From: Anaerolineales bacterium
Lineage (GTDB): Bacteria > Chloroflexota > Anaerolineae > Anaerolineales > UBA11579
DNA length: 64,000 bases
Reading direction: 5' to 3'
Assembly: GCA_035458505.1 (NCBI GenBank)
Contig: DATHZS010000024.1
Location: 23,296 to 87,295, forward strand
Shown here: in pieces, positions 43,414 to 51,624 of the stretch
Layout: each line of letters opens with the position of its first letter
How positions within the stretch are numbered: position 1 is the stretch's first letter
Notes under the pieces: generated by a model
Databases searched by the model: none
What the model was told of the DNA's origin: nothing
What the model saw: only the letters and a program-made list of their open reading frames with translations
Position numbers and translations under genes: made by a program

Positions 43414-45228
43414 TTACCGGTCTGCTTTCTGTTCCTGGAAGCCGATGTTGTACAGGTTGAAATAAACGCCTTCTTTTTTCAGCAGGTCTTCATGGACCCC
43501 TTGTTCAATGATCTTTCCCTGATCCATGACGATTATCCAATCGGCATTGACAATCGTCGAGAGACGGTGTGCGATGACAAAAGATGTGCGCTCTTTGAGC
43601 AAGGTTGACAATGCTCGCTGGATGATCTGTTCTGTCTGGGTGTCAATGCTCGAGGTTGCCTCGTCCAGGATCAGGATGCGAGGGTTTGCCAGCAGGGCGC
43701 GGGCAAAAGAGATTAATTGCCTCTGACCGACGGAGAGCAGTGCTCCGCCTTCTTCCACGGGTGTATGGTAGCCGTTGGTCAGCCCTGAGATAAATTCATC
43801 TGCCCCAACCGCGATTGCCGCAGCCTGGACATCTTCCAGCATCGCATCCAGGCGGCCAAATTGGATATTCTCAAATACCGTCCCTCCGAAAAGGAAGGGT
43901 TCCTGGAGAACGATCCCCATTTGTCCCCGCAAGCTGGCTTGTGTAACCTGATCAATGTTATGCCCGTCGATCAAGATCTTCCCTTGGGTAGGATCATAGA
44001 AACGGCCCAAGAGTTTTATCAGGGTGGATTTCCCCGCTCCGGTTTCACCAACGAGGGCAATCGTTTTTCCTGGAGTGATTTGAAGGTTGATCGACTCCAG
44101 CACCATCGTACTCGGATCATCCTGGTAGTAAAAGGATACATCCCTAAACTCGACATTCCCCTCGATTGGTGGGATGGGTTGCGCGCCGGGTTTATCCTGT
44201 ACTTCGATGGGGGAATTGAGTAATTCGAGGATCCTCTCCCCTGCGATCATCGAAGACTGGAACTGGTCATAGCGGCGGCTCAGGTCCTGGATGGGCCTGA
44301 AGAACTGCTCGATGTACAGCACGAAGGCCACCAATACTCCCGCGGTGACTTGCTCCCCAATCACGGCGGTACCTCCCAACCAGATCACGAAGAAAATCGC
44401 AATGGTTCCGATCATGTCGATCGTCGGAAAGAAAGCTGAAACCAATTTGGCCGCCTGGAGATTGTTCTCGAGATGATATCGGTTCACCTGGTCTTTGAAC
44501 TGGTTGTAGTTATGGTCCTGCCGGCTGAAGGCCTGGATGACTCGCACCCCGTTGATATTCTCTGCCAGGACGGAATTTACCCAGCTCATCCCTGCCCGCA
44601 CACGGCGGTAGATGTCCCGGATATGTTTGCGGAAGACGAAGGTCGCAATCACAATCAATGGCAGGACAGAAATGGTCAGCAAGGAAAGCCTCAGGTTCAG
44701 ACTCAGCATGGCGATGACAATCCCAAAGACGGTCAGGATATCACGGAAGGAGGCAATGATGGCCCAGGTCACGAACTGGCGCAGAACGGTGACATCGTTA
44801 ATCACGCGAGAAACCAGCCTGCCGGCACTGAAGTGCGAGAAAAAGCTGAGGGAGAGTTGTTGGATATGGTGGAACAACCGGGCACGCATATCATAAATCG
44901 CAGATTGGCCGGCTTTTGCCATGATGTTCACGCGTACAAAGGTGACCGCCCACTGGAGTATCGCGGTCAATAAGTAAAGGAGGATCGAATTGCGGAGAAC
45001 CAGCGGGTTCCGGTTGACGATTCCTTCATCGAGTGCGATTTTTGTAAAGTACGGCCCAGCCACTGACGCGATCGATCCAACCAGCATCAATCCTAGCGAG
45101 ATCAGCATCGGGTTTTTGTATGGAGAAATGAAGCTGAGGATTCCTTTTAGAACCTCGGGTTTGTATCCCTGTGGTTTCTCATGTTCCTGCCGGAAGTGTT
45201 CAGGAAGGGAAATGTTCGACTTACTCAC
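43414..45228 (-). CDS. ABC exporter, fused permease/ATPase (heterodimer partner B)
   Basis: 604 aa. Six-helix TMD, Walker A GETGAGKST, signature LSVGQRQL, Walker B ILILDEAT. Confidence 0.92.
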   Translation of the reverse strand: MSKSNISLPEHFRQEHEKPQGYKPEVLKGILSFISPYKNPMLISLGLMLVGSIASVAGPYFTKIALDEGIVNRNPLVLRNSILLYLLTAILQWAVTFVRVNIMAKAGQSAIYDMRARLFHHIQQLSLSFFSHFSAGRLVSRVINDVTVLRQFVTWAIIASFRDILTVFGIVIAMLSLNLRLSLLTISVLPLIVIATFVFRKHIRDIYRRVRAGMSWVNSVLAENINGVRVIQAFSRQDHNYNQFKDQVNRYHLENNLQAAKLVSAFFPTIDMIGTIAIFFVIWLGGTAVIGEQVTAGVLVAFVLYIEQFFRPIQDLSRRYDQFQSSMIAGERILELLNSPIEVQDKPGAQPIPPIEGNVEFRDVSFYYQDDPSTMVLESINLQITPGKTIALVGETGAGKSTLIKLLGRFYDPTQGKILIDGHNIDQVTQASLRGQMGIVLQEPFLFGGTVFENIQFGRLDAMLEDVQAAAIAVGADEFISGLTNGYHTPVEEGGALLSVGQRQLISFARALLANPRILILDEATSSIDTQTEQIIQRALSTLLKERTSFVIAHRLSTIVNADWIIVMDQGKIIEQGVHEDLLKKEGVYFNLYNIGFQEQKADR

Positions 45229-47011
45229 CGGATGCCTCCCCGAATGAGTTTTTGGCCTTTTTGATCTCGCTCAGGGCTTGCTTCTGCTGTGTGAGCTGAA
45301 GGTTGTAGATTTCAGTATAGTATCCATTCCTGGCAACCAGTTCCTCGTGCACTCCCTGCTCCACAATTCTGCCCTGCTCAAAGACCAGAATCTGGTCAGC
45401 ATTCCTGATGGATGCGATCCGTTGAGCGATAATGAAGGTTGTGCGGTTGGCCATCAGCTCTCTTAATGCCTGCTGGATGAGGTGTTCTGTCTCTGTATCC
45501 ACGCTGGAGGTAGAATCATCCAGGATCAGGATTCGGGGGTTGATCAGAAGTGCCCTGGCAACCGCTACTCGTTGTCGCTGTCCGCCAGACAGGGTGATTC
45601 CCCTTTCCCCGACAATCGTCTGATAGCCATTGGGGAATTTCAGTATGAACTCATGGGCCCTGGCTGCCTTTGCCGCGGCGATGATTTCTTCCTGGCTGGC
45701 CTGTGGTTGCCCGAAGGCGATGTTCTCGCTGATGCTTGAGGAGAACAGCAAGGTGGTTTGTAAAACATACCCAATCTGACGCCGGAGAGAATCAAGATCG
45801 TAATCAGAGACTCTGATTCCGTCAACGAGCACTTCCCCTGATTGCGGTTCGTAAAATCTTGGAATCAGGTTGACCATGGTTGTTTTTCCTGACCCTGTCT
45901 GGCCGATCAATCCGATAATTTTATTGGGGGGTGTGTAAAAATCGATATTCTCGATCGCAGGAGCTGATTCATCCTTATAGGCGAAGTTGACATTTTTGAA
46001 GGCCACTTCACCAGTGATATTATCCGCACTGACCGAACCCGGAAGTGTTTGGATGCTTGGGGTATGGTCGAGCACTTCCGTGATACGCTGCACACCGGCG
46101 GCTGCTTCTCCTGCCATATTGACGTACCAGGTAAGCTGGCGGGCAGGAAGGGCGATCAGGAGCATGTAGCTGTTGAATTGAACCACCTGACCGACACTCA
46201 GCGTGCCTTCGAGTACCATATTCCCACCAAACCATAGCAAGGTGATTGTACTGAGGGAGACCAAAAACATTGTCGTCGGCATGATCTTTGCCCATTCGGA
46301 GATGACATGCACACGGGCATCGTATAGTTCCCGGTTGGATTGGTCGAAACGATCAATTTCATACCCTTCCTGAGAAAATGCTCTGACGACCTGAACGCCA
46401 ATAACGTTTTCCTGCAAACGGGCAGAGAGCGCTCCTAAGGCCCGATCGATGTCATAAAACATCTTGCTCACGCGGTTTCCAAAATTGGCGGTCAGGATCA
46501 GCAGCGGGATGAGGGGCAGTACCGCGATCAGGGTCAATCGTGGGCTCTCGTTAATCATCAGGATCAAAGAACCAATGATCAGCAGCAGCACCTGCAGAAG
46601 TTCGATTGCACCACTTCCAATAAAAGCCTGCATCGAGCGGATATCTTCAGTACACCTGCTCATTAATTGGCCGGTCTGGGCATGGTCGTGGTAGCTGAAT
46701 GAGAGGTTCTGGATGTGTCGGAAGATGCGGTTTCGCAGGTTGTACGCGAAACGCATGGAAACCGTTTCGCTGAGGTATCGTTGCCCGGCAGAGAGTAAGG
46801 ATCGCAAAACACCAAACCCAAGAATGATCAGCCCAGATCTGAGCATATGGCTAACCTCCCCTCGCAGCAATCCAGTATCGATGACACTCCGGATGATGGA
46901 CGGGACAACTAATTGGGCAGCGGTTACCCCAATTAATGCAACAAAGGCCCCAAGCAAAGGCAGGGCATACGGGCGGATCAGATGGGTAATTTTTAGTAAT
47001 GATCGCATCAA
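45221..47011 (-). CDS. ABC exporter, fused permease/ATPase (heterodimer partner A)
   Basis: 596 aa. Walker A GQTGSGKTT, signature LSGGQRQR, Walker B ILILDDST. Overlaps the downstream partner by 8 nt. Confidence 0.92.
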   Translation of the reverse strand: MMRSLLKITHLIRPYALPLLGAFVALIGVTAAQLVVPSIIRSVIDTGLLRGEVSHMLRSGLIILGFGVLRSLLSAGQRYLSETVSMRFAYNLRNRIFRHIQNLSFSYHDHAQTGQLMSRCTEDIRSMQAFIGSGAIELLQVLLLIIGSLILMINESPRLTLIAVLPLIPLLILTANFGNRVSKMFYDIDRALGALSARLQENVIGVQVVRAFSQEGYEIDRFDQSNRELYDARVHVISEWAKIMPTTMFLVSLSTITLLWFGGNMVLEGTLSVGQVVQFNSYMLLIALPARQLTWYVNMAGEAAAGVQRITEVLDHTPSIQTLPGSVSADNITGEVAFKNVNFAYKDESAPAIENIDFYTPPNKIIGLIGQTGSGKTTMVNLIPRFYEPQSGEVLVDGIRVSDYDLDSLRRQIGYVLQTTLLFSSSISENIAFGQPQASQEEIIAAAKAARAHEFILKFPNGYQTIVGERGITLSGGQRQRVAVARALLINPRILILDDSTSSVDTETEHLIQQALRELMANRTTFIIAQRIASIRNADQILVFEQGRIVEQGVHEELVARNGYYTEIYNLQLTQQKQALSEIKKAKNSFGEASGE

Positions 47012-47079
47012 ATTTTTACTGCATTGGAAAAATCATGGTTTGCCGGGATCAGACCTTGCCCAATCTGATTTTCCCTTGG

Positions 47080-47487
47080 TTAATCGTTGTGTGGGATCTC
47101 GAAACTCGTTTCTGTCGTCGCAATGATTTTTTTGCTTTGGAGAACGATATCCTTGATCAATGAGTCTTCATCTTCATCAATCTTGTCAAGTTCAGCGTAG
47201 AACAACTCCATCGCAACCTGGTAATGACCGGTCGGCTTGGGTTCTTTCAGGTGCAGGGTAAATGTCATTTTATTTTCGATCGCTTCCACAACACTTAGAG
47301 AAGACACGATCCGGTTTTCCTGGTTGAAAACGGTAATCTCAAGGTTTGGCCTTTGCTGGAACGGTGTGATCTCAAATTCAACAGACACGCGTTTACCATC
47401 TTCAAAAGGAACTGCACTGAGTTCTCTGATTTCCATTTTCTCAGGTGGAAGAGGGACATCATCAGGGTTTGTAAAAAAAATATCCAT
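47080..47487 (-). CDS. Hypothetical protein (135 aa, acidic, beta-rich N-terminal half)
   Basis: ORF with no competing frame. I recognise no motif. A TATAAT (47572-47577, minus strand) lies upstream. Confidence 0.55.
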   Translation of the reverse strand: MDIFFTNPDDVPLPPEKMEIRELSAVPFEDGKRVSVEFEITPFQQRPNLEITVFNQENRIVSSLSVVEAIENKMTFTLHLKEPKPTGHYQVAMELFYAELDKIDEDEDSLIKDIVLQSKKIIATTETSFEIPHND

Positions 47488-47691
47488 TACTTGTTGTTTT
47501 CCTAATCACACAAAATAATTTTGAACCAGGTAATCCAAAAACGAGTGTTTGAGGTTGATTGGCAGAAGAGTATTATACCTTATGCTCGGTGTTGAGATTA
47601 AGACCTCTCCCCGTTCAGGGTGATAACCTTAAAAAATTGTCGGTCAATGGAGTTCGAGAGGTGGTCAAGCCGCAGGTCACCGCGGCTGTGA

Positions 47692-48528
47692 TTATTCATC
47701 GTAGAGAACGGTCGTTTCGGTGTAAATCCGGACGCCTTTTTTGTCCAAGCGTTCCTGAATGAAGGCGCGCAGAAGATTCCTTTTTTCTTCGAGGGAAACG
47801 TCTCTGGTTAAGTATTCCAGGGGGTAATTGACGCGTAAAGCCCTGGGAGAAACCGCGAAACGCGTGATTCCGGCGGGGAGAAGTTTTTCCTCCCGGCAAA
47901 ACTGGATCACTTCTGCTACCTGGAAGGGAGGGTAGATAATCAATCCGGCCAATTGTTGATAATAACCATCAAGATAATTGATCTGATCGATCATTGTGCG
48001 GTCAAAACGGGCGTGGCTGGTATACATCTCAACGAGCCGGGTAATCACCTCTGACCGCATACGTGGGGAGTGGGTCTTCAGGGACAATAGAGGTTGCTCG
48101 GGGATTTCGAGTATCCCAAGTGTCTGAGGGTCAAAACCGGGTTGATCAATGGGAGCAAGGGAGATCTCATCCATCGCTTTGATTTTATCAAGCAACATTT
48201 CAGGGTCGATCTTCCATAAGACATGGTTCCAGGTATGCAGCTGCAAGCCTGTGGATTGAGGATCAACGATCTGGACCAGGATGTGGGAAAGCCCAAGTTC
48301 TTTCATGGACGTAACCCGGTTAGCGCCATCCAGCACCATGAAGCGATCCCCGCTCTCGCTGACAGGGATCACCAGGGGCGGGTTGTACAGGATTTGCGAC
48401 TCGCGGATTCGCTCCATGAGCGGCAGAGTGCGTTGAGGATCATGGTGTTCATGCAGGCAAATTTTTTCAGCTGGCAGGATTTCCAGATTAGGGTAGATTG
48501 GTTCTTTACTCATAAGTTTTTTTATCAA
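47692..48528 (-). CDS. ParB/sulfiredoxin-fold (ParB N-terminal domain-like) protein with an unknown C-terminal domain
   Basis: 278 aa. The N-terminal segment ..ICLHEHHDPQRTLPLMERIRESQILYNPPLVIPV..DRFMVLDGANRVTSMKELGLSHILVQIV follows the ParBc pattern (..I..he...l..L..SI...G...P..V......y.viDGhHR..A....G). GANR replaces the usual G(H/E)(H/R)R. Confidence 0.6.
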   Translation of the reverse strand: MIKKLMSKEPIYPNLEILPAEKICLHEHHDPQRTLPLMERIRESQILYNPPLVIPVSESGDRFMVLDGANRVTSMKELGLSHILVQIVDPQSTGLQLHTWNHVLWKIDPEMLLDKIKAMDEISLAPIDQPGFDPQTLGILEIPEQPLLSLKTHSPRMRSEVITRLVEMYTSHARFDRTMIDQINYLDGYYQQLAGLIIYPPFQVAEVIQFCREEKLLPAGITRFAVSPRALRVNYPLEYLTRDVSLEEKRNLLRAFIQERLDKKGVRIYTETTVLYDE

Positions 48529-48542
48529 TCACGTGCTCTGCC

Positions 48543-49682
48543 TCAGGGGCAGGCAAAATTCAGGTGCTGCTCGAAAGTTTCAGAAAAATTGTGTCTGCCG
48601 GATCCATCACAAGCAGCCCGAAAGAAGTAATAAGGGGTTTGAGCAGGGAAAGCAACCGCCTGTAGGGCAGCCAGGCTTGGGTTGGAGATCGGGGCAGGCG
48701 GCAGGCCGTTATATAAGTAAGTATTGTATGGAGAAACCACTTCTAAATCAGCATAGGTGAGTGGATTGGTCCACCATGAATTTTGCGCGGTATTATAACC
48801 CAATGCATATTGTACAGTGGGGTCTGTCTCCAGTTTCATCGCAATTTCCAGCCGGTTGAAGAATACCGAAGCGATGACTGGCATCTCTTCCTGAGTGACC
48901 GCTTCCCGCTGGATAATGGAGGCCAGGACAAGGCCCTGATGGAGGGTCAGCCCCTGGTCCGCGATACCCTGGCGCGTTTTTGGCGGGAGGCTTTGTTCGA
49001 ACTTTTCCAGCAGGAATGGGACGAGTTGTTCCGCGCGGATCGTGCGTTCAACTTCATACATTCCTGGAGGGAAGAACCCTTCCATCGAGGCACCCAATGG
49101 GATTTCCTCGGTGATCGGGAGGGATGGGTACCGCTGGTAGGCTGCCTGGATGAACTCATCGGGAGTAATCTCGACACCTGTTGTGGGCAGGCTTTCTGCA
49201 ATTTCCTCCAGCCGCCATCCAGGGAGAATGGAAATCGTTATAAAGAGCGGCGTTGAATCCAATAGTGTCTGAGCAATCTCCACAGCAGACATTCCCCTGG
49301 AAAGCTGGTAGCTGCCTGCCTGGAGCTGCGTATCCAGCCCGGAATAAACCAGGTAATCCCGGAAGAGGGATGCATCGGCGATCAGCCCACTCGCATCCAG
49401 GTTAGAGATGATCACATCAGTAGGCTGGTTGAACTCGATAGAGAACAGGACACTTTCGTCAGGGGTGCCGATTGGTTCCAGGAGGAGTTCCTGACTACTG
49501 ATCAAACGGTATGAGATCAGGAATTTCTGCCAAGTGGTCAGGTGGATAGACGGCTGTCCAAATTTTTGTTCTGCCTGGCTGGGATACTGGTTAATGAAAC
49601 TCGCACCAAAGACGACAACCAGGAGAACGATGAAAAGAGGGATCAGTAAACATGCAGAAAAATTAAACTTTTTTTGTTTCAT
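48543..49682 (-). CDS. mltG: Endolytic murein transglycosylase MltG (YceG-like)
   Basis: 379 aa. N-terminal anchor. C-terminal YNTYLYNGLPPAPISNPS..AL.AV..P signature. Confidence 0.9.
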   Translation of the reverse strand: MKQKKFNFSACLLIPLFIVLLVVVFGASFINQYPSQAEQKFGQPSIHLTTWQKFLISYRLISSQELLLEPIGTPDESVLFSIEFNQPTDVIISNLDASGLIADASLFRDYLVYSGLDTQLQAGSYQLSRGMSAVEIAQTLLDSTPLFITISILPGWRLEEIAESLPTTGVEITPDEFIQAAYQRYPSLPITEEIPLGASMEGFFPPGMYEVERTIRAEQLVPFLLEKFEQSLPPKTRQGIADQGLTLHQGLVLASIIQREAVTQEEMPVIASVFFNRLEIAMKLETDPTVQYALGYNTAQNSWWTNPLTYADLEVVSPYNTYLYNGLPPAPISNPSLAALQAVAFPAQTPYYFFRAACDGSGRHNFSETFEQHLNFACP

Positions 49683-49686
49683 GAGG

Positions 49687-50103
49687 TTAGGGAGTGGGGT
49701 TCATGTCAAGGTAAGATTGAAGGATGACCGCTGCGGCCGTGTCATCCAGGTGCCCCATCCGGCGGCTCCGGCTGGCACCGGACTTGATTTTTCCCTGGCG
49801 CGCTTGCTGGGTGCTGAAGCTTTCATCCCATAATTCAACAGGAAGGTCTGACAATGATCTGATCTCGGCTGCCAGGCGGGCGGCTTTGCGGCCGGAAAAA
49901 TTCGGTTTCCCATCCAGATCTGTGGCTTGCCCGATGACGATTTTCTCTGCTTCTTCTGCCTGGGCAAGATCCAGGATTTTTTCAGCATCTTTACGGCGTT
50001 GGGTATGGGCGATGACAGATAAAGGCCGCGCCAGGGTGCCTGTTGGATCGCTGATCGCGATGCCGATATTTTTTTCGCCGGGATCAATTCCTAAAATGCG
50101 CAA
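49687..50103 (-). CDS. ruvX: Putative pre-16S rRNA nuclease / Holliday junction resolvase-like YqgF
   Basis: 138 aa. TTG start. MRILGIDPGEKNIGIAISD signature. Confidence 0.92.
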   Translation of the reverse strand: MRILGIDPGEKNIGIAISDPTGTLARPLSVIAHTQRRKDAEKILDLAQAEEAEKIVIGQATDLDGKPNFSGRKAARLAAEIRSLSDLPVELWDESFSTQQARQGKIKSGASRSRRMGHLDDTAAAVILQSYLDMNPTP

Positions 50104-50104
50104 T

Positions 50105-51619
50105 TTAGCCGTCCTGGTGGAGGTCGATGGCCTGTATTCTGAACTCGAGCAGGGGCAAGATCGGCCACCACTCTGGGAACGTGGAGATGTCCGGTCTGGA
50201 TGACAGGTTCATCTCTGTTTGGAGGATTTTTGCAGCCTCTTCAGGTGACTGGCCCCGGATCTGTTTCACAGCCTGGGGCAGTTTTTCTACCGTGAAGATT
50301 TGTCTGGTAAGTTCAACTTCCCAGGCAACCTGTTCCTCATCGTCTATCACTGGTTTTGAGAGAGATACGATCTCGAAGGTTTGGGGTTGAGCATTGTAGC
50401 CAGGCGATAAACTCACATCCAGGATGGCATTCCCCATGGCTTGCAGTTCGTTCCACTCCAGGTACATGATCTCGTACTCGACGCGCAGGATCAGGGTCAG
50501 TGTTGAGCTGGGTTGAGGTTCTGCAGGTGAAAAATTCTCCTCCAGAATGACCACTTTCCGGGGGCTGGAATCCAGGATAACATCTTTCTCTTCCAGAGTG
50601 GAGGCGGCTTCATCCAGGGCAGTTTGCCACAAAGATGCTAGCAGGTCTTCGGAGAGGGTCTGGTAATCTTCCAAAGCCGGAGCTGGGCTCAGGCGCTGGC
50701 TGCCACCCCGGGTGGGGTCAGGGTTAGTAACAGTCAGAGTGCGCGCCAGATCTCCTTCAATGATCGCCAAAGAGTTGGCAGGGAGGTTTCCCAGAGGGCC
50801 CGGGTTGGCAGCCTCGACTGGCACATTGGTGGATGCCCCTGATTCTGGGCTTAGAGTGGCTTCACTGGTAGTGGTAAAACGGATCGACGAGGTAGAATCA
50901 GCCGTTCGGACGACAGTCCCGGTCGGAACGGTGACCTCCTGGTTGGTTAAGTTAGTAAAAATGACGATCCCGGTTGCCGGGCTATCAGGAATGCCGGTTT
51001 CGCCAGAAGACTCAATCTCCCCGCGTCCTTCCACCGTGACGGATAGGTGGTGGGCCGGAATTGCTCCTGAAAGGTTGAAAGCTGGATACTCTGGATTGGC
51101 AGAAATGCTGAGAGGGAGATTTTGCGTTTCAACTGATGGGAGGTATCTGATCTGGGCACCAGGAACAATGAAAATGACCAGGGCCAGGACAGATAGTATA
51201 CTGACGGCGAAAGCAGAAATCCGGGCAGGTTTGGATTGTGTCCAGGCAGATTCTGGAGTTCCCCTGACAAGTTCGGCCAATTGCTCGCGGGTACGCGTAT
51301 GCTCAGGCTTTTGCGGTAACCGGGAAGGGGATAGGGAGTATTCCCAAGGCACTCGCTGAGCCTGCCGAAGCGAACGGAAAACCGGAATGCCCAGTTCATA
51401 GGCAAAATCGAGAATCTGGCGTTTTTTGCAGACCAGAGCCAACTTAATATCCGCGGCCTGGCAGCGACGGTGAATCAGCTTGAGGTCTAATTTACTCTCG
51501 AGCGGGGTTCCGCGCAACGGCCAGGTGATGATTACCCGATCGGCTTGCCCCCAGTTGAGCTTGTCCAGCACCGAGTGGCGGTCGTCGAAAGATTCCAGAT
51601 GCACAATTTGAGTTTTCAC
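50105..51619 (-). CDS. Single-pass membrane protein: small cytoplasmic N-domain plus an external region resembling baseplate J / gp47-like proteins
   Basis: 504 aa. GTG start 5 nt after the alaS stop. TM helix ISAFAVSILSVLALVIFIV. The segment GIVIFTNLTNQEVTVPTGTVV..VPVEAANPGPLGNLPANSLAIIEGDL..VTNPDPTRGG resembles the Baseplate_J core, from memory. The family call is tentative. Confidence 0.5.
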   Translation of the reverse strand: MKTQIVHLESFDDRHSVLDKLNWGQADRVIITWPLRGTPLESKLDLKLIHRRCQAADIKLALVCKKRQILDFAYELGIPVFRSLRQAQRVPWEYSLSPSRLPQKPEHTRTREQLAELVRGTPESAWTQSKPARISAFAVSILSVLALVIFIVPGAQIRYLPSVETQNLPLSISANPEYPAFNLSGAIPAHHLSVTVEGRGEIESSGETGIPDSPATGIVIFTNLTNQEVTVPTGTVVRTADSTSSIRFTTTSEATLSPESGASTNVPVEAANPGPLGNLPANSLAIIEGDLARTLTVTNPDPTRGGSQRLSPAPALEDYQTLSEDLLASLWQTALDEAASTLEEKDVILDSSPRKVVILEENFSPAEPQPSSTLTLILRVEYEIMYLEWNELQAMGNAILDVSLSPGYNAQPQTFEIVSLSKPVIDDEEQVAWEVELTRQIFTVEKLPQAVKQIRGQSPEEAAKILQTEMNLSSRPDISTFPEWWPILPLLEFRIQAIDLHQDG

Positions 51620-51624
51620 GGTTC

